Positions 29,139 to 38,900 of a DNA stretch of 64,000 nt are shown here, one piece after another. The stretch covers positions 8,792 through 72,791 of the forward strand of contig JASGIQ010000005.1 in assembly GCA_047601765.1 (NCBI GenBank). Direction: 5' to 3'. The stretch comes from Aquabacterium sp. Its GTDB lineage: Bacteria; Pseudomonadota; Gammaproteobacteria; Burkholderiales; Burkholderiaceae_C. How positions within the stretch are numbered: the stretch's first letter is position 1; the number at the start of each line of letters is the position of its first letter. The notes under the pieces are model-generated. The model ran no database searches, was not told where the DNA came from, and worked only from the letters and a program-made list of their open reading frames with translations. The position numbers were made by a program, and so were the translations under genes.

Positions 29139-29957
29139 ATGGACAAGCTCATCATCACCGCCGCGTTGACGGGCGCCGAAGTCACCCGCGAGCAGCAACC
29201 CGCGCTGCCCATCACCCCGCAGGAGATTGGCATCGCCGCGGCCGAATGCGCCGAAGCCGGCGCCAGCATCGTGCACCTGCATGCCCGCCTGCCCGATGGC
29301 ACAGCCACGCAGGACAAGGCCGTCTACGCGCAGATCATCGAAGAGGTGCGCAAGCGCAGCGACGTCATCGTGCAGCTGTCTACCGGCGGCGCCGTGGGCA
29401 TGACGGCCGAAGAACGCCTGAGCCCCGTCTCGCTCAAACCCGAGATGGCCACGCTGTCCATGGGCTCGGTCAACTTTGGCGGCGACGTCTTCCTCAACCA
29501 CCCGGCCGACATCGAAACCTTCGCCCTGGAGATGGCCGCGCAAGGTGTCAAACCGGAACTCGAGGTTTTTGACTCAGGGATGCTGACCACAGCGAAACGT
29601 TGGCTGGCCAAGGGCTTGCTGCAAAGCCCCGCCCACATCGACCTGGTGCTGGGGGTGCCCGGCGGCATGGCCGGCACGCCCAAGGCCTTGATGTACTTGC
29701 TGTCGGAGCTGCCTGAAGGCGCCACGTGGAGCGTGGCCGGCATCGGCGCCGCGCAACTGCCATTGGCGACGCTGGCCATCGTGCTGGGCGGCCACGTGCG
29801 CGTCGGCTTTGAAGACAACGTCTACTACCGCAGGGGCGAGCTGGCCCGCAGCAATGCGCAACTGGTGGCCCGCATCGCGCGGTTGGCGCACGAGCTGGAT
29901 CGGCCGGTGGCCAGCCCCGCAGAGGCGCGCCAGATCCTGGGTTTGCCAACGATCTGA
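29139..29957 (+). CDS. kce: 3-keto-5-aminohexanoate cleavage enzyme (BKACE/DUF849) (272 aa)
   Basis: MDKLIITAALTGAEVT, VHLHAR metal motif, QLSTGGAVG, GSVNFG, GGHVRVGFEDN. Operon context. Confidence 0.93.
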   Translation: MDKLIITAALTGAEVTREQQPALPITPQEIGIAAAECAEAGASIVHLHARLPDGTATQDKAVYAQIIEEVRKRSDVIVQLSTGGAVGMTAEERLSPVSLKPEMATLSMGSVNFGGDVFLNHPADIETFALEMAAQGVKPELEVFDSGMLTTAKRWLAKGLLQSPAHIDLVLGVPGGMAGTPKALMYLLSELPEGATWSVAGIGAAQLPLATLAIVLGGHVRVGFEDNVYYRRGELARSNAQLVARIARLAHELDRPVASPAEARQILGLPTI

Positions 29958-30114
29958 GCGCTGCGTGCCAGCGCCCACGGGTACGTAACACCTCGTTTCC
30001 TTGCGACCCTGCCGCCTCCCCCAAAGGTGCGGGGGCGCACCCGGGCCACAAACCTAGAATGGCGCCTGCCCCTCGATGGGCCGCATCCATAAACAGTCAG
30101 GTGAGTTCCCCAAC

Positions 30115-33100
30115 ATGCAAGTCCAGCTGCCCGGCGTGCCGACGGGCATGAGCGGCCTGTCCGGCCTGGGCATCGAGCTTGTCTCGCGCCTCAAGGCTGC
30201 GCTGTCCATCGGCCAGGCCACCCGCCTCATCCAGCTCGACACGCCCCTGCCGGCCGGCACCCTGGTGGTCGAACGCTTCACCCTGCACGAGGCCGTCCAC
30301 GCCGACGAGCCCCTGTGGGCCGAGATCGATGCCCTGAGCACCAACGCCCACCTCGAACTCAAGGCGCTGATGGGCGAGCAGCTCACCCTGCGCCTCATGC
30401 AGGCCGATGGCAGCTGGCGCACCTGGCACGGCTACGTGGTCGAAGCCGGCCACACCGGCAGCGACGGCGGCCTGGGCGCCTACCGCCTCGTGCTGGCGGC
30501 CTTCACCCATTGGCTGAAGCAACGCCGGGACACCCGCATCTTCCAGGACGCCACCAGCGCCGACATCCTCAACCAGGTGCTGGCCGCCTACCCGCAGGCC
30601 CACTTCCGCATCGACGTGGCCGACCCTGGCCCCATCCACGAGATCACCACCCAGTTCAGAGAAACCGACTGGGCCTTTGCGACCCGCCTGATGGCCCGCG
30701 AAGGCTGGAGCTGGCGCGTGGACCACGAAGCCGATCAGCCCCACGGTTCGGCCGATGCCGGCACAAACGCAGACGACAACGCCGATGCCAACGCGCATGC
30801 CGGCGCCCGCGCCGCCCGCCACACGCTGGTGATCTTCGACCAGCATGCCCAGCGCCCCGACCTGGGCCCCTTGCGCTTCAGCCGCCCCGACCTGCGTGCC
30901 GCAGAAGGCGGTGGCCTGCTGGCCGCCATGCTGCAAGCCTTCAACCTGCGCACCGGCACTGCCCAGGACACACTGACCGCGTGGGCCCCGGGCCAGCAGG
31001 TGGGCCCCAACGCCGTCACACTGGCCGCCTGGGACGAGCGCCAACTCGCCGGCGTGAGCGCCAGCACGAGTGCCGACATCCCCCTGGGCCACGCGCCCAC
31101 GCTGGAGCACTACCTCGGCCAGGGCGAACGCCGCTTTGCCGATGGCCGCGTCGGCACCGCCCAGCCCGCCAGCCGCACCGTGGCCGAGGCCCGCGCGCAG
31201 GCCCTGATGGCCGCCCACCAATTGCAGCAAGTGCACGATCGGCCCAAAGCGCCGTGCGCGGCCTGCGCCCCGGCGCCAACTTCCAGATCACCGCCCACCA
31301 CCTGTACGAAGGCCCAGGCGCCGACAACGCCTTCTGCGCCCTGCACATCACCCACGAGGCCGCCAACAACCTGGGCCACCAGGCCGCGCAGATCCTGCAG
31401 CGCACCGAGATCGAACAAGGCAGCTACCGCAACGAATTCCAGGCAGCCCCGGCTTCCCTGCGCCTGGCGCCCCTGCCGGCACAACGCCCACGGCCCCGGG
31501 CCCGCAGATAGCCGTTGTCATGGCCGCAACCGGCGAGCCATTGACCACCGAACGCAACGGCCGCATCCGCATCCAGTTTAGCTGGCAACGCGGCGCGGCG
31601 CCCCTGCCCGGCGCCCTGAACGCCCCGCAGACCCTGCCCGGCGGCGACACCGGCCATGCCCCTGGCGACGACCGCAGCGGCACCTGGGTGCGCGTGGCCC
31701 AGGGCGTGGCCGGCCCCAACTGGGGCGCCGTGTTCACCCCCCGCGCCGGCACCGAAGTGCTGGTCGACTTCATCGATGGCGACATCGACCGCCCCATCGT
31801 CATCGGCCAGCTGCACAACGGCCAGCACGACCTGCCCTGGCCCGCCGGCGTGGACGCCGGCGCCAACCACCCGGGCACGATCTCTGGCTGGCACCACACC
31901 CACCTGGACGGCCAGGGCGCCAACCAATGGCTGATCGACGACGCCACCGGCCAGCTGCGCATGCGCCTGCTCACGCACAGCCCGGCCACCGGCCACAGCG
32001 AACTGACGCTGGGCCACATCGTCCAGCAAAGCGCGCAGGGCGGCTCAGGCCAGGCCCAACGCGGCCCATGGCTGGGCGAAGGCTTCTACGGCTACACCGA
32101 TGGCTGGGCCGTGCTGCGCGCCGGCGAAGGCCTGCTGCTGAGCACCACCCCGCGCCCCGCGATGGGCGCCAGCGTGCACAGCACCCAGATGGACGCCGCC
32201 GAAGCCGTGGGCCAGCTCAAGGCCAGCCGCCAACTGGGCGACGCCCTGAGCCAAAGCGCCCGCCAGCAAGGCGCCCTGGGCCTGGCCAGCCACGACGCCA
32301 GCCAGGCCCTGCAGCAACACACCGAAGCCATGGACCCGGCCGCTCGCGGCAAATACGAAGGCCCGGTGGGCGGCCAGGAAGCCCGCAAGGCCCAGGCCCA
32401 CAGCCGCACCCTGGCCGACCCGGTGGAACGCTTCGCCCAGCCCCTGCTGCACCTGAACACACCCACCACCGCCGCCTGGGTGACCCCGGCCAGCATCAGC
32501 CTCTTTAGCGGCCAGGACACCAGCCTCACCACCCAGGGCGACCTGCACCTGACCAGCGCCCACTCCGTGAGCTGCGTCAGCGGCCAGACCACCAGCCTCT
32601 ACACCCACGCCGGCGGCATCAAGGCCATCACCGCCAACGCTGACCTGAGCCTGCGCGCCCACACGGATGCCATGCAGATCTGGGCCGACCAGGACGTGAC
32701 CATCCAGAGCACCACCGACGAGATCCGCATCCAGGCCAAGGACAGCATCGCGATCAACGCAGGGCAAAGCCAGGTGCTGATCCAGGGTGGGGACGTGACG
32801 TTCACCTGCCCGGGGACGTGGACGGTGAAGGCGGCGACGCATGATTGGTTGGGGGGTGGGAGCCAAGCAGCGGCTTTTCCAGCCTTACCAAGTTCTCTTG
32901 TCGCGCTCTATTCGGCCAAGATGAGGCTGCTGGATGAGCAGACTGGTGAGCCCTTGGGTGAGATGCCTTATTTCATCCGGCTGGAGGGCGGAGTCGTGAC
33001 GCATGGCGTCACCGACGCAGATGGCTACACAGACATTGCAACTGGCGATGCGGCTGAACGCGGCAAGGTTTACATCGGCCATGAAGCCATGAAGTTGATC

Positions 33101-33121
33101 GCCAAGCTGGGGGCTCGGTAA
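30115..33121 (+). pseudogene. vgrG: Orphan VgrG with DUF2345 and C-terminal extension, split by two -1 frameshifts (real pseudogene or assembly error)
   Basis: VgrG motifs run through three frames: QFRETDWAFATRLMAREG (frame of 30076), SAVRGLRPGANF..YRNEFQAAP (after about 31238), then GRIRIQFSWQRG..WVRVAQGVAGPNWG..PRAGTEVLVDFIDGDIDRP (after about 31488). Confidence 0.85.
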
Positions 33122-33972
33122 TGGTTTCACCTTTCCAAATTCTGCTGTCGGAACAACCGGCTCCGGTTGTGCAAAAAATCGAGATGCCGCTGACGTCTGG
33201 GCGTTATAGGGTGGGCGAACCAAAGCGGCCCGCCATCGTCCACGACAACGGCTTTCTGGATCGATACCCTCGGCGCGAACCCACTGGTGAGGACAGAAGA
33301 AGTTTTGCAACCTGGGTTGCCATATTGGAAGGCTCTGAAGCTGTATGCAATGCTCAAACCGGCGATATGGTGGGGCCCTGTGGCGGGAACCTCGTGGATG
33401 CCAATGCGGCCTATCGGCACTTCCTCTTCGGTAAAGGAGCCGATCGCCACTTGGATTACGAGCGCTTCATCGAAGGCGACCCGACCGGCAGGCGGCTGCT
33501 TGAAAGCCTGATTGCGGATTTCAAGACGCATGGGACTGTGCTGTCCAAAAACAGGAAGAAGGTCTCGATCACCAGTGATCCGTACCAGGTTGGCGGCGAA
33601 AAAGGCTTTGTTGGCTACCCGGAAACGGCAAATTGGCAAAAGGCTTTAGGTGCACACGTGCTGTGGGTGAGCGGGACGATTGAAGTCTCTGTTTCCAAGG
33701 ACCACAAGCTCATGTACAGAGCAGAGATGGTTGCGCATGTCGAGGATCGCTACAATTTCAATCCCGGAAATGCCGACGTTAAAACCGGCATCAAGGATGA
33801 AGAAAATGGTCAATTCGAGTTGTGCGGGTTGGCTCAGCAGTACACAAATTTCGGCGAGTTGCGCCGCACGCTTGAATGGCACGAAGGCGACACGTACGCA
33901 GTGCAGACCAATGAGCGTTCCGGGCGTACAAGAATGCCAAATGACAACCGAAGATTGAGGAACAGACTGTGA
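33121..33972 (+). CDS. Hypothetical protein, candidate VgrG-delivered effector (283 aa)
   Basis: Start overlaps the vgrG stop (TAATG), composition is AT-richer, and a lipoprotein gene follows. No catalytic motif recognised. Confidence 0.6.
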   Translation: MVSPFQILLSEQPAPVVQKIEMPLTSGRYRVGEPKRPAIVHDNGFLDRYPRREPTGEDRRSFATWVAILEGSEAVCNAQTGDMVGPCGGNLVDANAAYRHFLFGKGADRHLDYERFIEGDPTGRRLLESLIADFKTHGTVLSKNRKKVSITSDPYQVGGEKGFVGYPETANWQKALGAHVLWVSGTIEVSVSKDHKLMYRAEMVAHVEDRYNFNPGNADVKTGIKDEENGQFELCGLAQQYTNFGELRRTLEWHEGDTYAVQTNERSGRTRMPNDNRRLRNRL

Positions 33973-34445
33973 GACAGCTTTGGAAAATCATGCTCACAGC
34001 GTTGTTCCTTGCGGGGTGTGGAATGAATAGCTCATCAGCTATGAAAAGTGACGTGACAGAGCTTCGCTCGATCATTCACATTGATGCTGCGATCTCGTCG
34101 GCGAGATGGGAAATGTTTTCTACGCCAGAGTCCTCAGAAGGCGGAGGGCCAACGGATTTTGTGAGTCTCGTAGCAGAAATCCGACCGCCGATTAATTCAA
34201 CTGCTGCAGTGCACGGGCCTGCAGAAACAGACGCCATATTCGTCGTGCCGGGGGCCGCTCGCGCATGGTTGAGTCCTGCGAGCTACAGCGTGATCAGCAA
34301 GATGCGCAATAGCCCTGTAATCACTGGAGACTGGCCCGGTTGCCGTCGCGTGGACGTCAAGGGGGCAAAGTCAGGTCGGACCTTGAAGGCCTTCGCGTGT
34401 CATCAAGGTGATCTATCCTTGATTTACGTAAATCTGTTGCCTTGA
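33969..34445 (+). CDS. Lipoprotein, candidate immunity protein (about 158 aa)
   Basis: Signal peptide with lipobox FLAG-C. GTG start overlaps the upstream stop (GTGA); alternative ATG at 33990. Confidence 0.7.
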   Translation: MRQLWKIMLTALFLAGCGMNSSSAMKSDVTELRSIIHIDAAISSARWEMFSTPESSEGGGPTDFVSLVAEIRPPINSTAAVHGPAETDAIFVVPGAARAWLSPASYSVISKMRNSPVITGDWPGCRRVDVKGAKSGRTLKAFACHQGDLSLIYVNLLP

Positions 34446-34583
34446 GGCCGTGCCGATCGTCTGTTGAATATCTGCTAAGCAGCGGTTGCGGCTCGTAGCT
34501 TCAAGCGGTTCGACTCACGCTTCCCGGCAAGAAGCGGAAATTGGGCTTGGCAAACTGTATTGACCCAGCGGTTTCTGCACAGG

Positions 34584-35405
34584 TCAGGCTGCTAAAGCAT
34601 AAGCCTCAGCAGGTGTCTTCATGCCCAACGCCTGGTGAGGGCGTCGGTGGTTGTAAAAGCCGATCCAGTCTGCGATCACGCGGCTGGCGTGCTGCAGGGT
34701 TTCGAATCGGTGGCGGTGCACGCACTGGTCTTTGAGTGTCCTGATCACGCGCTCGACCATGCCGTTTTGCTCCGGGCTGTACGGTGTGATGAACTCCTGC
34801 TGCAGGCCATAGCTTTTGACCAGGGCCGTATAGCTACGGCTGGTGAACACCAGTCCGTTGTCTGACCTCAGCAAGAACGGATGGCGGACTCTGCCCAGAC
34901 AGCCGTAACGGGCAATCAGCGCTTGTTCCAGTGCCGCCTCAGCGGTCTTGGATCGGCCGCTGCGGCTGAGGTGCCAGCCCAGCAGTTCGCGGCTGTAGCA
35001 ATCGATCACCAGGGCCAGCGAAGCCCAGCCGTCACGCCCGGTCCACACGCGGCACAAATCTGTGGACCAGCGCTCGTCTGGCGCCTTGGCCACTGAAGGC
35101 AACGCCTGGATGCGAGGCCTGAAGCCCACCGGGCGCTTGCGCACCTGCCAGCCCTTGAGCTGGAAGATGCGCTGCACGGTGTTCTTGTTGAAGCCGAGCA
35201 GGTGCGCCACGGTGCGGTAACCGAAGGACGGGTTCTCTTCAATCATCGCCTTAATGGGCTTGACGAGGTGCTCCTGAACCTTCGGCGCGGCCTTGGTGCT
35301 GCGGTAGTACACCGTGCGCCGAGGCATCTCGAACCACTGGCACAGCTTGACCAGGCTGACCTTCAATCCTTCTTCAGCCAGTCCCTGCTGAAGGCCGAGG
35401 ATCAT
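34584..35405 (-). CDS. IS3 OrfB DDE transposase (integrase core)
   Basis: WSTDL, VIDCYSRELLGW, LRSDNGLVF, PEQNGMVERVIRTLK, YNHRRPHQALG. Confidence 0.95.
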   Translation of the reverse strand: MILGLQQGLAEEGLKVSLVKLCQWFEMPRRTVYYRSTKAAPKVQEHLVKPIKAMIEENPSFGYRTVAHLLGFNKNTVQRIFQLKGWQVRKRPVGFRPRIQALPSVAKAPDERWSTDLCRVWTGRDGWASLALVIDCYSRELLGWHLSRSGRSKTAEAALEQALIARYGCLGRVRHPFLLRSDNGLVFTSRSYTALVKSYGLQQEFITPYSPEQNGMVERVIRTLKDQCVHRHRFETLQHASRVIADWIGFYNHRRPHQALGMKTPAEAYALAA

Positions 35406-35719
35406 TTCTCGTCCTCGTTGCCCAGCAGGGACGCCAGCTTTTTTCTGGCACGCAGCTCCAGCATGGCTTCGCCATAGGCCTCCTGCAGTTCGCGCAGTTG
35501 CTTCTCGTACTGCTCTTTGACTTCCAGGGGCTTGGTGCGCAGGGCGTTCTCCATGCCGCGCTTGCCTTCATCGACCCACTGCTCCACCTCGGACGGGTTG
35601 AGATCGAAGGCCCGGCTGGCCTCCGAGATCGTGGTCTTGCCTTGGATGATGTCCAGGACCAGGGCCGTCTTACGCTTGGCCGTCCAGCGCTTGATGTCGT
35701 CTTCCATCAGGGTGCTCAT
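35402..35719 (-). CDS. IS3 OrfA HTH protein (DUF1153-like)
   Basis: KRWTAKRKTALVLDIIQGKTTISEASRAFDL. ATGA overlap with orfB, and an in-phase A-AAA-AAG slippery site at 35438-35444. Confidence 0.9.
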   Translation of the reverse strand: MSTLMEDDIKRWTAKRKTALVLDIIQGKTTISEASRAFDLNPSEVEQWVDEGKRGMENALRTKPLEVKEQYEKQLRELQEAYGEAMLELRARKKLASLLGNEDEK

Positions 35720-35963
35720 CGTCGTTTCCTTCAACGTTAACACCTGAGCAGGAATTCACTGGGTCAATACAAAACGGTAAGAGCGTGAAAGTCCGATGTG
35801 CAAGGTCAAGCGGTCGTACGACCTGTTGCGGCTGGGCAATTTCTCAATGGCTACTGCTTTGCGGCGCAAACCGGAAGTACCAAACAAACCAACAAGGACC
35901 CCACATGGGGCCTTGTTTCCATCCGGGTCCACCAAGCCGCCCAGCCCGCAGAGCGACGCCGGT

Positions 35964-38900
35964 TCAACCGTCCCCGAACTCTGCCCCTTCGGGTTCCTTC
36001 GGCAAGTCATAAAGCAGCACCGGAGTTTTGGTCACAAAGAGCGTAACTAGCCGCACCGGCCGCTCTTCAGGAGCCTTCTTTGCCCACATGGCCCCTTCCT
36101 GAGCAGCCCTGGCCAAGAATCGGAACTGAGCCTTAATCTCGGCATCCTGGTGGCGAGTCAGCGGGGAATAAGGTGGCCGCCAGTCTGGCTCAAGCAGAAC
36201 CTGGAAGACCTCGAGCATCTCGCGCAGCGTCTCCGGCGCAGAGTCCTTGTGCCGCATCACACCTTCCATTAGGTGCCGCACCACCTCGCCCAGCGCCATC
36301 AGTCTCATGCCTCGCATGGCGGCCAGCGCGACGAAGGACTTCACGATTCCGTAGGTGCTCTCAAAGTGCACTGTCGGCTTGGCCAAGTAAGCCTTGAGTC
36401 GCACAACGCCAAAACGCACCCAAGGAGTGCTCTGCTGGAATAAGACCCAGAGGTCCTCCGGAGTCAGCGGCACGAAGGAGCGGTTGGAGAACAGCAGCCG
36501 TAGGGCGCTCAGCGAATACCGATGACGGGTCAGGAACCCTTGCTCTGTGGCATGCTGCAGCAGCACCTGAGGCCAGACACCTCTCACTTGAACCTGATCG
36601 GCCATCTGGCGAAGCCGCAGATCGGTCGTGATTAGGCAGAGACTTCGCTCGAGTGCGGCGTCAAGCACCGAAAACTCTTCGGGCGAGAGGATGCGCCCAA
36701 CTCGGCTCAAGAACTTCGGCCTGTGCTCAGGGCCATAGGCAGGAACGACCTTGCAATAACGCTCTAATGCGTCGATGGCCGACTGGGCTTGCCGTCGGGC
36801 GTGTTCTCTGGCCTGCTCGGTGATCTCTACAAAGCGCATCTGCCCGTTGTCGTCGAGCAGTTGACCTTCTGGCCCCTTCTCTCTGAGCTCTTCGAGCTTG
36901 TGACGCAGAACGCCCTCGGTCTCGGTGGTGGCGTATACCTCCCCGATCGCAGCCAGGGCATCAGTTGCGTCAAGCAATACCAACTCTGTGATCGTAGGGG
37001 CGTCGATGAGGTAAGCGTTGTCCTTGTCAGCCAACACAGCTCGGGCGCGCTCGAGCTCCTCGGCGTTGCCGTCGTTCACGTACAGCGGCCCATCGTCAAG
37101 GCCTGTCATCCAGCCGTTGACAATGTCCACCGCGTTGTTGCCCATCAAGCGGCCTAAGCCGCCGAGCGTGAACGGCAGTTCTTGATAGCTTTTGAGGGCC
37201 TCGCGGATCCGCTCGCTCTGGCGCTTGAGCGTCTGGTGGACCTCTGAGAAGTCGGGGTCACCGCCCGGCTCCTTGCGCACCTTGACCATCCACAGGTTTG
37301 GCACCGGCTCGACGCTAGACTCGACCTGGACCTGGGCGAGCTTCAGCTGGCGTGCATACGCAGAATCAAGCGACAGCACGCGGTACACCCGCAGGCCGCC
37401 AAACCCCGTGTCGATGCGGACTTCGTCCCCGACCGCTCTTCCCAAGAACTCCTGCACTGCCGTGTCGCCGGCCGACTTGAACTCGGTATCCTGCGGAAGG
37501 CCAGGAAGCTCCTTGGGGTCAACCGTGACATGGACGGTGCCCGACGGCCCTTCCAGCGTGACGTGCACGCCAGGCGTGACGACATTCGGGAACTCGTGGA
37601 GACCAGCAATCGGCTCGTTGTAGGCAAGGTACGCCATTATCAGAGCCGACGCCGACTCGATCTTGGCCGCGTTCAGGCGCCTCATCTGGTAGAGACGCTG
37701 CATAGCCTTGCCCTGCAAGCCTAGGCGCAGCTCCAGCAATGCGAGCTGCGAGACCTGCTGGATAGGCCCGATCAGCCCCAACGGCGCTCTGCCAATGAAT
37801 TCCTTCAGCTCCGCCGCAGGCAGCTCTCGGCTGCCCACCATGTACTTGAAGAGCCAACTGCCAATGTCGTCTGGTTTGCGGGCGAACTGGGCGTCGGCAA
37901 GACGAGTCAGCAGTGGCCAGTCGCCTGCCTCGCGGGCGATCTCGATTGCCAGGGAGCGCAGTTCCTCGTTGTTTTGCCAGCCATCGGGCAGGCGTTCGAG
38001 TACCTCCTTGGCCTTTCGGCGACCGCCTGAGCGCAGCAGGCTGTGGAGAAGCCGCGCGTGCAGCTCCCCCGCCCCTTCTGAGGGCAGCACCGACTCGTAG
38101 AACTTGGCCGCTCTCTTGAAGTCCCTGAGGTCGGAGTAGAGGTCGGCCAGGAGCAACCGGACTTCCGCGGGCGGCTTCTTGCCAGCGAGCTGTCGAACAC
38201 GCAGGAGCGCTGCTTCGCTCTTGTGTTTGTCGCTCGGCCGAGCCAGCCGGGTAACAGCGGCGAGCAGCGCGATGCTGTTGGACTCCTCGATCACGAGGCC
38301 TTGCAGCTCCTGAGCAACTTCCCCTCGCTGCTTGGCGTTCCACATCGCCAGCCATTTGGTGGCGCGAAGGAGCTCCTTGACGTCGGACTCAATGTCTTCT
38401 CGAGCGAGCGTCCGCTCGTAGATCTGCTGGGCAACCCCAACTTCGCCGCGATTGGCCGCAACCTGCGCCAAAGCAACCAGCCCACCGTCTTGCAGGTAGG
38501 AAAGGTTCTCTAAACCAAGCGCGAACATTGCCTCGACCTGGCCGGTGTCGTGAAGGGCTTCGAGTTCGACGCGAATCAGCTCAGACCGAGACCGCTGATT
38601 GACTCGCGCTTCCTTGGCAACTTCGAGGGCCTCGCCCGGGTTGCCTTGCAGCAGGTAAACCGCCGCCAAGTTGGAAGCAACCACCGACACCGCCTCGTCG
38701 GCCTGAATGGCCCAGACCCGCTCGGCGCGGGGCTCCAGGGAGTCGCTCACTGCCTTCAGCATCCGCTTGTGCTCGGCGGTGAGCACACGCAGGGCGGTGT
38801 GGACGTTGTTCTGGGCGACAAGGTCCAGGACGTGTGCGAGAGCCGCCGCCCGAACGTAGAAGCCCGGCTTGTCGGCAGTCAGCGAGCGCAGGGAGACGTC

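Larger units (their letters stand above)
34556..35771 (-). mobile_element. IS3-family insertion sequence (1,216 bp)
   Basis: TG..CA ends with a perfect 13-bp terminal IR TGTATTGACCCAG (34556-34568 and 35759-35771) that extends imperfectly to about 26 bp. 4-bp target duplication AAAC at 34552-34555 and 35772-35775. Contains orfA and orfB. Confidence 0.95.

Noticed and set aside
34446-35963. A gene interrupted by the IS3 (rejoining the flanks at AAAC)
   Set aside because: The rejoined sequence gives only short open frames with no recognisable motif, start or RBS, so it cannot be supported without a homology search.
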